DNA of 64,000 nt from assembly GCA_963836025.1 (NCBI GenBank), contig CAWIIE010000014.1, positions 105,493-169,492 of the forward strand, given 5' to 3'. Within the stretch, counting starts at the first letter, position 1, and the number at the start of each line of letters is the position of its first letter. Below, in pieces: positions 11,006-20,142 of the stretch. This DNA comes from an uncultured Actinomycetota bacterium (GTDB lineage Bacteria > Actinomycetota > Actinomycetes > JBEVHX01). The notes beneath the pieces were generated by a model. It was not told where the DNA came from and did not search any database. It was given only the letters and a program-made list of their open reading frames with translations. The position numbers were made by a program, and so were the translations under genes.

Positions 11006-11263
11006 CCACCGCACCCGGCTTGCTCGTCACATCGGCAGCTACAGGGACTGATGCGCTCAAGCGGCCGCACGTAGCGGCACATACGAGCGGATTGACGAAC
11101 GCCCCCAAATGGCGCTTCGCGCGCGGGGCGGGCCGCCGGTGTTTCCGTGCGGATCGCTCGACCGCCTTTGTGACATGGAGCAGTCAAGGGTTCATGTTGC
11201 TCTCGGGCAACTGTCGACTGGTGCCTGGAGGCAAACCGCCTCGCGTTGACGCCGGGTTCGGCG

Positions 11264-12436
11264 TCATGCTCCGCCTTGTGAGATTCCGCGCACGAGCAGG
11301 CCAGGTGCCGCGGTTGCCGGAGCCTCCCAGCGAGTCGCGTAGTGGTCGAGGAAGATCTGCCCGACCAGCTCGCCCCGGCTGCGCACTCCGGTCTTGTCGA
11401 AGATCGACTTGAGGTGGTCCTGAACGGTGTAGGGCGAAAGGGAGAGCGCGCGTGCGATCTCCTTGGTGACCCGTCCCTGCACGCACTGCATGGCCACCTG
11501 ACACTCTCGAACGGTCAGGCCGTACGCCAACGCGATCACTGTTGCGACGTCCTGGGGAGTAGCCGGGTGAATGATCACCGCGGTGCGTCCGTCGGATTCT
11601 CCGCTCAGCCGGCTGCCGTACAGCAGCAGCCACGCGCCGGAGCGGGTGCGCACGCGGACCCGGGCCGCCAGCTCCAGCGGGTCGGTGCCGGGTGCGATGG
11701 ACCGGGCGCGGGCCGCGACTGCCTGCACGGTCTTCGACTCGCTCGGCGGGCTCGGCGGAGGGTCTTCCACCAGCTCGCCGATCCAGCGCTCCGCGGCCGT
11801 CGAGATCGACTCTGGCCGGCCCTGCGCATCGAACACGACGACGCCCGGGCCGTGGTCGACCGGCCCGGCGGCGTCCTGCGGTCCCGGGGGCGCCAGCAGG
11901 GAGCGACGAAGGCCGGCTCCGATCGCGGGCGCGAGCGCGACCAGTGCGCGGACCTCTGCGTCGGTGAACCAGGGTTGGTCGGAGTAGCGCAAGAATGCTG
12001 CCGCCCCCCAGTAGATGCCGTCGACCACGATCGACACGCGCAGCTCGTCGCCGAATCCATAGGCCTGATGGGATCGGTGCCGGGTCGAGCGGGACAGGTC
12101 GCCATGGGTGTCGATGCTGGTTGCCCCCGCGATCCGGCCGCTGCGCGCGAGGAACGACCATTTGTTGACGTCCTCGACGATGTACTCGTGGTGGGCCAGC
12201 CATGAACCTGAGCAACCGATGTTTCGGTTCACGCTGCCCGTGAACAGGATCGTCCCTGGGTCGACTGTGTGGCAGCAGTAACCATCGAAGGGGATGACGG
12301 TCGCGAGCGCGTCCGCAACCGCGGCGCTGTAGTCGACCCAAGTGAGTCCGCGCGAGCCCAGGCCCTGGATGTCGTCGCGGACCCGCGGTGCCAGTCCTGC
12401 GGTCATTCTGGGAGGGTACGGCGATCGCATTGCCAA
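11264..12436 (-). CDS. LuxR family transcriptional regulator with N-terminal sensory domain
   Basis: C-terminal LTVRECQVAMQCVQGRVTKEIARALSLSPYTVQDHLKSIFDKTGVRSRGELV (LuxR/GerE HTH). Confidence 0.8.
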   Translation of the reverse strand: MAMRSPYPPRMTAGLAPRVRDDIQGLGSRGLTWVDYSAAVADALATVIPFDGYCCHTVDPGTILFTGSVNRNIGCSGSWLAHHEYIVEDVNKWSFLARSGRIAGATSIDTHGDLSRSTRHRSHQAYGFGDELRVSIVVDGIYWGAAAFLRYSDQPWFTDAEVRALVALAPAIGAGLRRSLLAPPGPQDAAGPVDHGPGVVVFDAQGRPESISTAAERWIGELVEDPPPSPPSESKTVQAVAARARSIAPGTDPLELAARVRVRTRSGAWLLLYGSRLSGESDGRTAVIIHPATPQDVATVIALAYGLTVRECQVAMQCVQGRVTKEIARALSLSPYTVQDHLKSIFDKTGVRSRGELVGQIFLDHYATRWEAPATAAPGLLVRGISQGGA

Positions 12437-12494
12437 GGGGCACCCCAGAATCGTGGGATGGCGGTCGGCTACCTCTTCTGTTCACGCTCAACGC

Positions 12495-13511
12495 ATGACG
12501 ACCCTGAGCGCAGACCCTGACGTCCAGCACATGGTGACGCCCGAGCGCATCTTCGAGATCGCGCAGGGGTTCATGGCGAGCAAGCACCTGTTCGCGGCGA
12601 GCCAGCTTGGCCTGTTCGAGGCCTTGGCCGAGGGACCGGTGGACCTCGACGGCCTGGCGGCACGTACTGGCCTGTCGCGTCGTACGGCGCGCATCAGTGC
12701 GGACGCCATGGTGGCGATCGGCCTGCTCGAGAGGCAGGGCGACCGCTATGCGAATAGCGCGCTGGCCAGCACGTTCCTGTCCGGGCAGGCCCAGGCCGAC
12801 CTCCGGCCCCTGCTCAAGTTCTGGGATCGGCTGAGCTATCCCGCCTGGCAGGATCTCGCAGGCGCCCTCGGCCGAGGCAAGCCCGCCCACGAGATCTTCG
12901 AGATCGACGACGAGCTGGTGCCGGTCATGTCCGCCGGCATCGCGGCGGCCACCGCCGGTGCCTGCCACGCCCTGCCCGAGGCCGCCGCGCTGCCCGCGGC
13001 CAGCCGGGTGCTGGACGTCGGCGGAGGCACGGGTTCCTGGTCGACCGCCCTAGCGGCTTTCGACCACGGGCTCACCGCGACGGTGCTAGAGCTCCCCGAG
13101 GTCGCCCGTGTCGCGCGAGATGAGCTACGCATCACGGCATACGCCGACCGCGTCGACGTCTGCGACGGCGACGTCCTCGTCGACGAGTTCCCGCGCGGCT
13201 ACAACGCCTTCCTGCTCGCCAACCTCGTGCACTACTACGCGCCGGAGACCAATCAGTCGATCCTGCGCCGAATCCGGACCGCCGCCGAACCCGGCGCCAG
13301 GGTGCTCATCGCCGACTTCTGGACCGACCCGACCCACACCCACCCACTCCCTGCTGCGCTCATGGCCGGCGAGTTCGCGATCCATGTCAACCACGGGGAT
13401 GTCTACAGCGTCGAAGAGGGCGCCGAATGGCTCGCGGACACCGGATGGAGGCTGACGGGTCATCGTCCGCTCGCAGGCCCGATCAGCCTCGTGACCGCCG
13501 AGGCGGTGTGA
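12495..13511 (+). CDS. SAM-dependent O-methyltransferase (family 2, with N-terminal dimerisation wHTH)
   Basis: ATG 12495; LFEALAEGPVDLDGLAARTGL (wHTH), VLDVGGGTG (SAM motif I), LLANLVHYY. Confidence 0.85.
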   Translation: MTTLSADPDVQHMVTPERIFEIAQGFMASKHLFAASQLGLFEALAEGPVDLDGLAARTGLSRRTARISADAMVAIGLLERQGDRYANSALASTFLSGQAQADLRPLLKFWDRLSYPAWQDLAGALGRGKPAHEIFEIDDELVPVMSAGIAAATAGACHALPEAAALPAASRVLDVGGGTGSWSTALAAFDHGLTATVLELPEVARVARDELRITAYADRVDVCDGDVLVDEFPRGYNAFLLANLVHYYAPETNQSILRRIRTAAEPGARVLIADFWTDPTHTHPLPAALMAGEFAIHVNHGDVYSVEEGAEWLADTGWRLTGHRPLAGPISLVTAEAV

Positions 13512-13681
13512 CCGCGCACCCTGCGCGCGTTGGGCTCGGCCGCTTCCGAATAGGTCGGGCAGACAACCGCCGACCCTGTCATCCGGTGCTACCCACCCAG
13601 ACAGGGGTCGCATCGATGGTTGTGTGCTGACAGCCGAACCGATCGGTAGTGCCGGCTATCGCGCGCCAACACGCTGCATCG

Positions 13682-13777
13682 TCTGACGCCAAATCACACG
13701 GTCCTAGGACCGTTCGCTGTCGTTCCGTCTCGCTGCGTCAGCATGGTTCGCACGAACCGACCGCAACCGAGCGCAAG
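13682..13777. repeat. copy A of a roughly 96-nt extragenic repeat family (here called X)
   Basis: Gap-free alignment to 42198-42293 with 16 mismatches (hand count); contains GGTCCTAGGACC, GGTTCG-CA-CGAACC and outer CTGACGC/GCGTCAG inverted repeats. Confidence 0.6.
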
Positions 13778-13826
13778 ACGACGAGGCGAGAACACGCAGC
13801 TGCTGGTCAGTTTCGCGATCACCTGG

Positions 13827-13970
13827 TCAGGCTCGGCGGCGGGGGATGATCTTCGCCAGTGCCAGCGTGGCGTAGATGAGGGTGTTGATCGCGACAAAGG
13901 TCGCCAGGGCTTGGAACCATCCGGTCTGCAGCGTCTCGGCCGGGAGCAGGATGCCCGTGTGGATGCTCAT
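13827..13970 (-). CDS. 47-aa hydrophobic peptide translationally coupled to the GT2 synthase
   Basis: ATG 13968-13970 overlaps the GT2 stop (ATGA); MSIHTGILLPAETLQTGWFQALATFVAINTLIYATLALAKIIPRRRA; one TM-like span with a basic tail; below the ORF-track cutoff. Confidence 0.45.
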   Translation of the reverse strand: MSIHTGILLPAETLQTGWFQALATFVAINTLIYATLALAKIIPRRRA

Positions 13971-15508
13971 GCTTCGGCTTTCTGTTGTGGGACGTGGTCC
14001 CAGCCGGACGCGCGGCCGGTGGCGATGTCGAACAGCGATTTGACGAAGACGGCTTGCAACACCAGGTCGTAGGCAATCTCAATGACCAACGGGAACGCGA
14101 TCGCCCGGCCGCGCCAGCCGACCGCCCAGACGGTCACGACTCGTTCGATCACGAAGATGCAGCCGATGGCGCCCCAAAACCAGAGGATCTCGAGGCCGTC
14201 AGCGGCGAGCAGCGTGATCAGCATCAACAGCAGGTAGGAGTTGAGCGCGATCGTGCCGTAGCCGATGCCGAGCTGCTGCAGCCAATAGATCAGCGTTGTG
14301 CGGGTCAGGCCGTAGGCGCCGATGTTTTCCAGCGCGCCGCGCTGCCAGCGCATCCGCTGCCGCCACAGCAACCGCCAGGTGGGCATCAGCTCGGTGGTGT
14401 TGCGGCATTGCATCGGGGAGATCATCTTGGCGCCGAGCGTCTTCAGCGCCAAGGTCAGCTCGTTGTCCTCGGTCAACGCCAACGTGTCATAGACCTGGCC
14501 CGGGTCGCCGGGAATCAGGGTGCCTCGCGCATCCGCGACGGCCTGCAGCGCGTATGCGCGAATCAGCGATGCGGTTCCGGTGAGCACGAACACGCGGCCC
14601 AGGCGCCGGGAGATGTAGCGCTGGTAGCGGGTGTACTCGTTGCGCTGCAATTGACCAACCAGGCCGGCGCCCTCCTCGCCATAGAAGACACCGCCCACCG
14701 CGATAAAGTCCGGGTCGGCCTCCAGCCGGGCCAAGGCGGTGTCGAGGAACTCCGGGACGATCGTCGTGTCGGCGTCCATCACCATCACCACATCACGCCG
14801 ATCGGTGGCTGGGAGCAGCGCCGCCAGTGCCTGGTTGAGCGCGCCGGCCTTCTTCTCGGCGTTACCGCTGGTGATAAACACGTCCGCGCCGTTCGCGCGG
14901 GCAATGTCCGCGGTGTCGTCCGTACAGTTGTCGGCCACGACAAGCACCCGATCCGGCGAACGCGACTGCGCCCACAGCGAGTCCAACGCTGCGCCGATCC
15001 GCAGCGCCTCGTTGTGCGCCGGGACAAGCACCGTCAAGCGAAGCTGTGCTTGGCCGTCCTCGGCGGGCTCCGGCAACGCGGTGGGCGGAACCTGCGGCTC
15101 ACGGTCGAGCTGCAACAGGCTCACGCCGACCGGACTCAGAACCCGGCTGCGAATCCGGCGAGCCTCCTCCGGCAGCGGCGCCGGGATCCGCCGGTCCCTG
15201 GCCAGCACGCGCATCGCCGCCGCGGTCTGCAACGCCGCGAACCCGACGAAGAAAGCCGCCGCTCCGACCAAAGCTGCCAACAACAACGACACCGCCGGCA
15301 CGTCATAGTCGACGCCGAGCGGAAGCTGCCCAACCTCACTCCCGGAGTCCTCGCCGAAGGCGATCCAAGCAGCCAGGGCCAACAACCCCAGCATCGCACC
15401 GCCGAGGAGGGCGGCGACCAAGCTGAGCCGGGCCACCCGGCGACGAGGAACCGGCACAGACTCAATCGACAAGCCGACACCTCCGTGTGCATGGCACCTC
15501 AAGGACAT
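13967..15508 (-). CDS. processive family-2 glycosyltransferase (membrane glycan synthase, PgaC/NodC/BcsA-like)
   Basis: VLVPAHNE, VADNCTDDT, VMVMDADT (DxD), QRMRWQRGALEN (QxxRW); TM spans at both ends. Confidence 0.85.
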   Translation of the reverse strand: MSLRCHAHGGVGLSIESVPVPRRRVARLSLVAALLGGAMLGLLALAAWIAFGEDSGSEVGQLPLGVDYDVPAVSLLLAALVGAAAFFVGFAALQTAAAMRVLARDRRIPAPLPEEARRIRSRVLSPVGVSLLQLDREPQVPPTALPEPAEDGQAQLRLTVLVPAHNEALRIGAALDSLWAQSRSPDRVLVVADNCTDDTADIARANGADVFITSGNAEKKAGALNQALAALLPATDRRDVVMVMDADTTIVPEFLDTALARLEADPDFIAVGGVFYGEEGAGLVGQLQRNEYTRYQRYISRRLGRVFVLTGTASLIRAYALQAVADARGTLIPGDPGQVYDTLALTEDNELTLALKTLGAKMISPMQCRNTTELMPTWRLLWRQRMRWQRGALENIGAYGLTRTTLIYWLQQLGIGYGTIALNSYLLLMLITLLAADGLEILWFWGAIGCIFVIERVVTVWAVGWRGRAIAFPLVIEIAYDLVLQAVFVKSLFDIATGRASGWDHVPQQKAEA

Positions 15509-15722
15509 CGATTATCGCCAAGAGATGCGCCACGGCTCGACCCCAGCTTCTTCTGACGCCCATCGGCGCCACCGCAGCGGCGTGGCTGGGCGATTCCGGC
15601 ATTCAGGCGGTCGGGCAGGGTTTCGGGTTTGCGCGGAGGGAGCAGATTGAACTGGGTGCCGGCAGGGGTCGTTCCCTAATTGGTGGAGGCAGCATAAGCA
15701 CACCCCATTCGTTGGAGGCAGC

Positions 15723-17546
15723 ATGAACACCCCCCGCTCAATCGTGGTCTTGTCCGTGTTCGCTGCGCTGGTTGTTATGCCTGGCGCTGCGTTGGCCGCG
15801 CCCACGCCGGGCGGTGAGACCGAGGTCACGGTTGGCAGCGACGACCGCTTCTTTTCGCACAACAAGCAGAACGAGCCCGGGCTGGCGGTCAATCCGGTCA
15901 ACCCGGCGATCCTGGCGTCTGGGGCGAACGACAACATCGATATGGAGCGGTGCAACGCGGGTGACCCGCTGACCTGCCCGTTCACCCCGGGAGTCGGGCT
16001 GTCCGGGATCCAGTTCTCCGTCGACGGCGGGGTCAGCTGGACCCAGCCCACCTACACCGGCTACTCCGCGCGCAATGCCTCCTGCCGGCCGACCCCGCCG
16101 GCGGCCACGCCGGGCTGCGTCCCGGATACCGCGGGTCCGATCGGCACGCTGCCGTGGTACTTCGAGACCGGCATGGTCTCCAACGGCGACCCGGAGGTGG
16201 TGTTCGGGCCCGCCCCGGACGCGGACGGTGACTTCGCCTGGGCGAATGGCCAACGGCTGTACTACGCCAACATCGCCACCCCGTTCCCGGGCAACCCGGG
16301 CTTCCGCGGGGACGCCGCGATCGCGGTCTCGCGCACCGACGACGTGGCCGCGGCGGCGGCCAACGACAAGTCGGCGTGGCTGCCCCCGGTGGTGGTCACC
16401 CGGCAGAACTCCGCGCTATTCAGCGACAAGGAGCAGATCTGGGCGGACAACGCCGAGTCCAGCCCATTCTTCGGCAACGTCTACGTCTGCAACGTCGGCT
16501 TCCGCGGCACCGCCGGGTCGGAGCCGGTGCTGTTCGCCAACTCCACCGACGGCGGGGACAGCTGGCGCACCCGGCAGGTGACCGCGGCGACCAACAACAA
16601 CCAGACCGGCGGCCGGCAGGGCTGCACCATCCGCACCGACTCCGACGGAGTGGTCTACCTGGTCTTCGAGGGCTTCGACCGGCAACTCGGGACTGGTGTC
16701 TTCTTCCAGGCGCGGTCCTTCGACGGCGGTAACAACTTCGAGAAGCCGCGGGTGATCCAGCCGCTCGCCGGGATCGGCCAGTTCGACCCGGCGCAGGGCC
16801 GGTTCACCATCGACGGCATCGCCGGCGCGCGGACCAACACCTTCCCGAGCATGGACATCGCCAACGGCGCCCCCACCGGAGCCGACGCCACCGATGAGAT
16901 CGTGGTCAACTGGTCCGACGACCGGGCCGGGCTGAACCAGGAGCGGGCCTACCTGATCCGCTCGACCAACGGCGGCGCCAGCTACGGACCAATCCAGACG
17001 GTGTCCAGCGCCGGCGACCGGGCCAACCAGCCGGCGGTGGCCATCGCCCCCGACGGTACGGACGTCTACGTCGTGTACAACGCCTACCTGGATCCGTGGC
17101 GCAACGACACCACCTCCAGCCGACGGATGCTCGGCGTGGTCAACCACGTCGCCCCGAACGGGACCCTGACCGGTCTGCACCGCGGAGCGGTCGGCGACGT
17201 GCGCGGGTCCAGCGCGAACGGGCTCACCTCGGAGTTCATCGGCGACTACAACTACGCGGTCGCCACCCGCGCCGAGGGCATGGCGGTGTGGAACGACGCC
17301 CGCGACGCCGCGGTCTGCCCGGCGATCAACACCTACCGGCAGGCGTTCGTCGACGACGTCCGCGCCGGCCAGGCGCAGCCGATCGTCGGCGACCGGCCCC
17401 GGGACCGCGCCTCCGCCAACGTTGTGCCGAGCTCGCACTCCACCGCGCTGCGGCCCGGCCCGAACAACCAGTGCCCACAGGGCGGCACCACATCGTTCGG
17501 GAACACCGACCACTACGGCGGCACCTACACCGACCCGACCCCATAG
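15723..17546 (+). CDS. secreted BNR/Asp-box beta-propeller protein (sialidase-fold)
   Basis: Signal peptide [25 protein letters not shown]; Asp-boxes [32 protein letters not shown]; no FRIP motif noticed. Confidence 0.75.
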   Translation: MNTPRSIVVLSVFAALVVMPGAALAAPTPGGETEVTVGSDDRFFSHNKQNEPGLAVNPVNPAILASGANDNIDMERCNAGDPLTCPFTPGVGLSGIQFSVDGGVSWTQPTYTGYSARNASCRPTPPAATPGCVPDTAGPIGTLPWYFETGMVSNGDPEVVFGPAPDADGDFAWANGQRLYYANIATPFPGNPGFRGDAAIAVSRTDDVAAAAANDKSAWLPPVVVTRQNSALFSDKEQIWADNAESSPFFGNVYVCNVGFRGTAGSEPVLFANSTDGGDSWRTRQVTAATNNNQTGGRQGCTIRTDSDGVVYLVFEGFDRQLGTGVFFQARSFDGGNNFEKPRVIQPLAGIGQFDPAQGRFTIDGIAGARTNTFPSMDIANGAPTGADATDEIVVNWSDDRAGLNQERAYLIRSTNGGASYGPIQTVSSAGDRANQPAVAIAPDGTDVYVVYNAYLDPWRNDTTSSRRMLGVVNHVAPNGTLTGLHRGAVGDVRGSSANGLTSEFIGDYNYAVATRAEGMAVWNDARDAAVCPAINTYRQAFVDDVRAGQAQPIVGDRPRDRASANVVPSSHSTALRPGPNNQCPQGGTTSFGNTDHYGGTYTDPTP

Positions 17547-17737
17547 CCAAAGACGCCCGGGCGATTACCCCGGGGAGTCGCATCCCCGGGAATCGCCCCG
17601 CCCGCGCTGCCCACGGCACGGACGGAGCGTCGCCGGCCGCACACATCCCGTAAATCAGCCGTCCGGCCCATCGCCCATGAGCACTACCGCGCTCACAGTG
17701 GCCCTCCGCAATCTTTTGCCCCAAATACGGAGGAACC

Positions 17738-18163
17738 ATGAGGAAACGCTCGGCACTGCTGGTCGCCGGAGTGGCGCTCGCGACAACGCTCGGCAGCGCA
17801 AGCGCCGCGTCCGCCGACCCCAAGGGCGAGGTCGTTCCCCTCGTCTGCGACAACGGAAACACCTACCAGGCAGCCGTCAACGGCAACGGTGCGTTCACTC
17901 CCGCTCACGACCTGGCCAGCACCAGCATGCTGGTCCCCACATCCTTTGGGGAGTTCCACGGCACCCTGACCGACAGCGACGGCAACGTGATCGAGGAATT
18001 CGTCGATCCGCCGACGACCAAGGGCAACTCGGGCAAGCGAGCCCGGGCCACCACGACGTCGTGCACCTTCAGCTTCACCGAGTCCTTCGACGACCCGGAC
18101 CTCGGCCCGGTCACCTTCAGCGGCGAGGGCTCAGTCACCGGATTCGTCACTCCCGTCCGCTAA
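17738..18163 (+). CDS. small secreted protein, unknown function
   Basis: Signal peptide MRKRSALLVAGVALATTLGSASAASA; RBS-like GGAGGA upstream; no recognised domain. Confidence 0.55.
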   Translation: MRKRSALLVAGVALATTLGSASAASADPKGEVVPLVCDNGNTYQAAVNGNGAFTPAHDLASTSMLVPTSFGEFHGTLTDSDGNVIEEFVDPPTTKGNSGKRARATTTSCTFSFTESFDDPDLGPVTFSGEGSVTGFVTPVR

Positions 18164-18803
18164 CGACAACCAGGTAGCCGGTGGTGCACCCGACGCCAAG
18201 CATCGGGTGCCGGGTGCACCCGCCGAGCACACTCACCACTTGGGCGCCACAACCGGGGCTCGGGTGGTCACAAGACATCGGCGGCGGGCCGGACTTCGGT
18301 TCGGGCTGACTGTCGATTCCGCCGCCGATCTGCACGACAACAGTGCATCACCCGTGCCCATTGGCCGCCCGCCTTCGGTGGAGCCAAATCCCACTCTCGA
18401 TCAGCGCGGTTAAGCGCCGCGGCACGCCCTCGCCCTGGGACGCGCCGCGAGTTTCCGCGGACCGACCCGAGACCTCCGTTACGGCCTACTCAGCCCACAC
18501 GTTCGGTTGATGCCGACACGTCGGGGATTCGGAAGATCACGCCCACGGCCCCCTCTTCCAATGGGGGCCGTGCCACGTTCCGGGAGGGGCACACCGTTTC
18601 GAACGCGGTGCGTTCAGCCGGCTACCGAGCTGCCCAGCTACTGGGGGATCACCCTGCCGCCTTTGCCGGCGGGCGCTACCGAGTGGTGACGGCAAAACTC
18701 CTAGCGGCCCTCGCCAGGGTGCCGGCGGGGCCGAACGCGAGACGTTCGTAGGTTCCTTGGAACGGCCGGCTCGCGTTGGCTGATTAAACCGTCCTGCAAA
18801 ACG

Positions 18804-18834
18804 AAGGCCCCCCGTCGAGGAAGCGGGGGGCCTT
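18804..18834 (-). terminator. 11-bp GC-rich hairpin, likely terminator of the minus-strand gene ending at 18956
   Basis: AAGGCCCCCCG / CGGGGGGCCTT with a 9-nt loop; on the minus strand it is followed by TTCGTTTTGC. Confidence 0.4.
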
Positions 18835-18871
18835 TGCCGTGCAGGAAGGGACGCGTTTCAACCGTGTTCAC

Positions 18872-18937
18872 ATCTGCGCGTTGTGATCCGGGCGTTCGCG
18901 GCAAATCTGCGCCTTGTGATCCGGGCGTTCGCGGCAA
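18872..18937. repeat. 33-bp unit repeated twice in tandem (one mismatch)
   Basis: ATCTGCGC[G/C]TTGTGATCCGGGCGTTCGCGGCAA at 18872-18904 and 18905-18937. Confidence 0.9.
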
Positions 18938-18955
18938 GCGACGCGCCGTCATCAT

Positions 18956-19290
18956 CTAATCGTCGGACAGCACCCGCTGGTAGACGAGGTGTACGGCGTT
19001 GTTTGAGGGGCGCACGACTCGTTGGCGATACAGCACCCGCGTGCCCGCCCGGAACAACGGGGTACCGCCACCGAGCAGCATCGGTGCGAGATGCAGGTGC
19101 AACTCGTCGACGAGGCCCTGGTCGATCGCCTGGCCGATGACGTCGCCACCGCCCATGATCACAACGTCACCGTCGTCGCCGCGGCGCGCGCCTGCTCGAC
19201 GTCCCTCGCCGAGTGGCCATCCCCACGATCCCGACTCGCCGGCGAGGTCGACGTCGTCGCGCACATCTCCTCGCTCATCCGACATCACCC
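18956..19290 (-). pseudogene. C-terminal remnant of a DHFR-family (RibD_C) protein
   Basis: VVIMGGGDVIGQAIDQGLVDELHLHLAPMLLGGGTPLF...VHLVYQR matches the family C-terminus; upstream part lacks the N-terminal motifs and overlaps the PAP2 gene out of frame. Confidence 0.5.
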
Positions 19291-19488
19291 CACTGCTCGG
19301 CGCCACCCTGCTGAGCCCTCTTCTGCACGACACCCGATGGACCGGGCTGAGCCAGCGAGTGCTATGGACCCTGCTGTTCAGCTGGCTGCTGTGGACGGCC
19401 TGGCGCATTCCCGCGCAGGTCGCAGCGGCTGCGGCCTGAGGCTCCAGCCGGGGACACGGTCCATGATCGGCGCACCGACAGGGCCAGG

Positions 19489-20142
19489 TCAGGCGACCGC
19501 GGCTGCCGACCCGACGCTGGTGCCCGGACGACCAAGGAGCAGCCGAATCGCGGCCCCGAGCGCGACCCCGAGCGCGGCGCCGCCGACGACGTCCAACGGC
19601 ATGTGCGCCCCGACGTACACCCGCGCCAGGCAGACGGCCGCGGCCAGCGCCCACGGAGCCCAGCGCCAGCGGGGCGGCAGCCACGGCGTCGTGACGGTCG
19701 CGATCATGGCGACGACGGCGGCGTGCCCAGAGACATAGCCGAGACCAAACGGTGACGAGTCGCGAAAAACGACGTCCTCGAGCAGCGCCCCCGGTCGACC
19801 ACGGTCCACCTGGTCCTTGACCACCTTGGCCAGCCAGTACGCCAACATTCCGCCCACGAGGATCGCGACCGCGAGCCGGAACCGGCGAAAGATCGCCGCC
19901 GCCACTGCGGCTATCGGCACGACGGCAACGTTCCCGAGCTGCATCACCGCCCAGACGGCGCGGAACGGAAGGGTCACTGTGTCGTTCACCGCGCGGAACA
20001 CAGCCTCTTCGACTGACGGAACTGTCGAGCCCATGGCAGCGACAGTGCAGACCGCGAACACGACCACTGCAGCCCCGAGCATCACCAGGTCGGACCGCGG
20101 TCGCACCAGGGCGGGCGGGCGCGACGCCTCGACACCGGTCAC
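19489..20142 (-). CDS. PAP2 family lipid phosphatase
   Basis: KDQVDRGRP (C1), VSGH (C2), ARVYVGAHMPLDVVGG (C3); GTG 20140-20142 overlaps the upstream stop (GTGA). Confidence 0.8.
   Translation of the reverse strand: MTGVEASRPPALVRPRSDLVMLGAAVVVFAVCTVAAMGSTVPSVEEAVFRAVNDTVTLPFRAVWAVMQLGNVAVVPIAAVAAAIFRRFRLAVAILVGGMLAYWLAKVVKDQVDRGRPGALLEDVVFRDSSPFGLGYVSGHAAVVAMIATVTTPWLPPRWRWAPWALAAAVCLARVYVGAHMPLDVVGGAALGVALGAAIRLLLGRPGTSVGSAAAVA

Noticed and set aside
11184-12968. Very long ORFs antisense to or out of frame with the called genes. Examples: 11184-12968 (594 aa), 13985-15556 (523 aa), 16416-17513, 35633-37639 (668 aa), 62374-63687 (437 aa), 34925-37726 read as one 933-aa protein.
   Set aside because: These are Arg/Pro/Gly-rich low-complexity translations typical of shadow frames in high-GC DNA. 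Each overlaps a gene with clear family motifs in another frame.
18872-18937. CRISPR-like repeat.
   Set aside because: The two units are directly adjacent with no spacer, and there are no cas genes.
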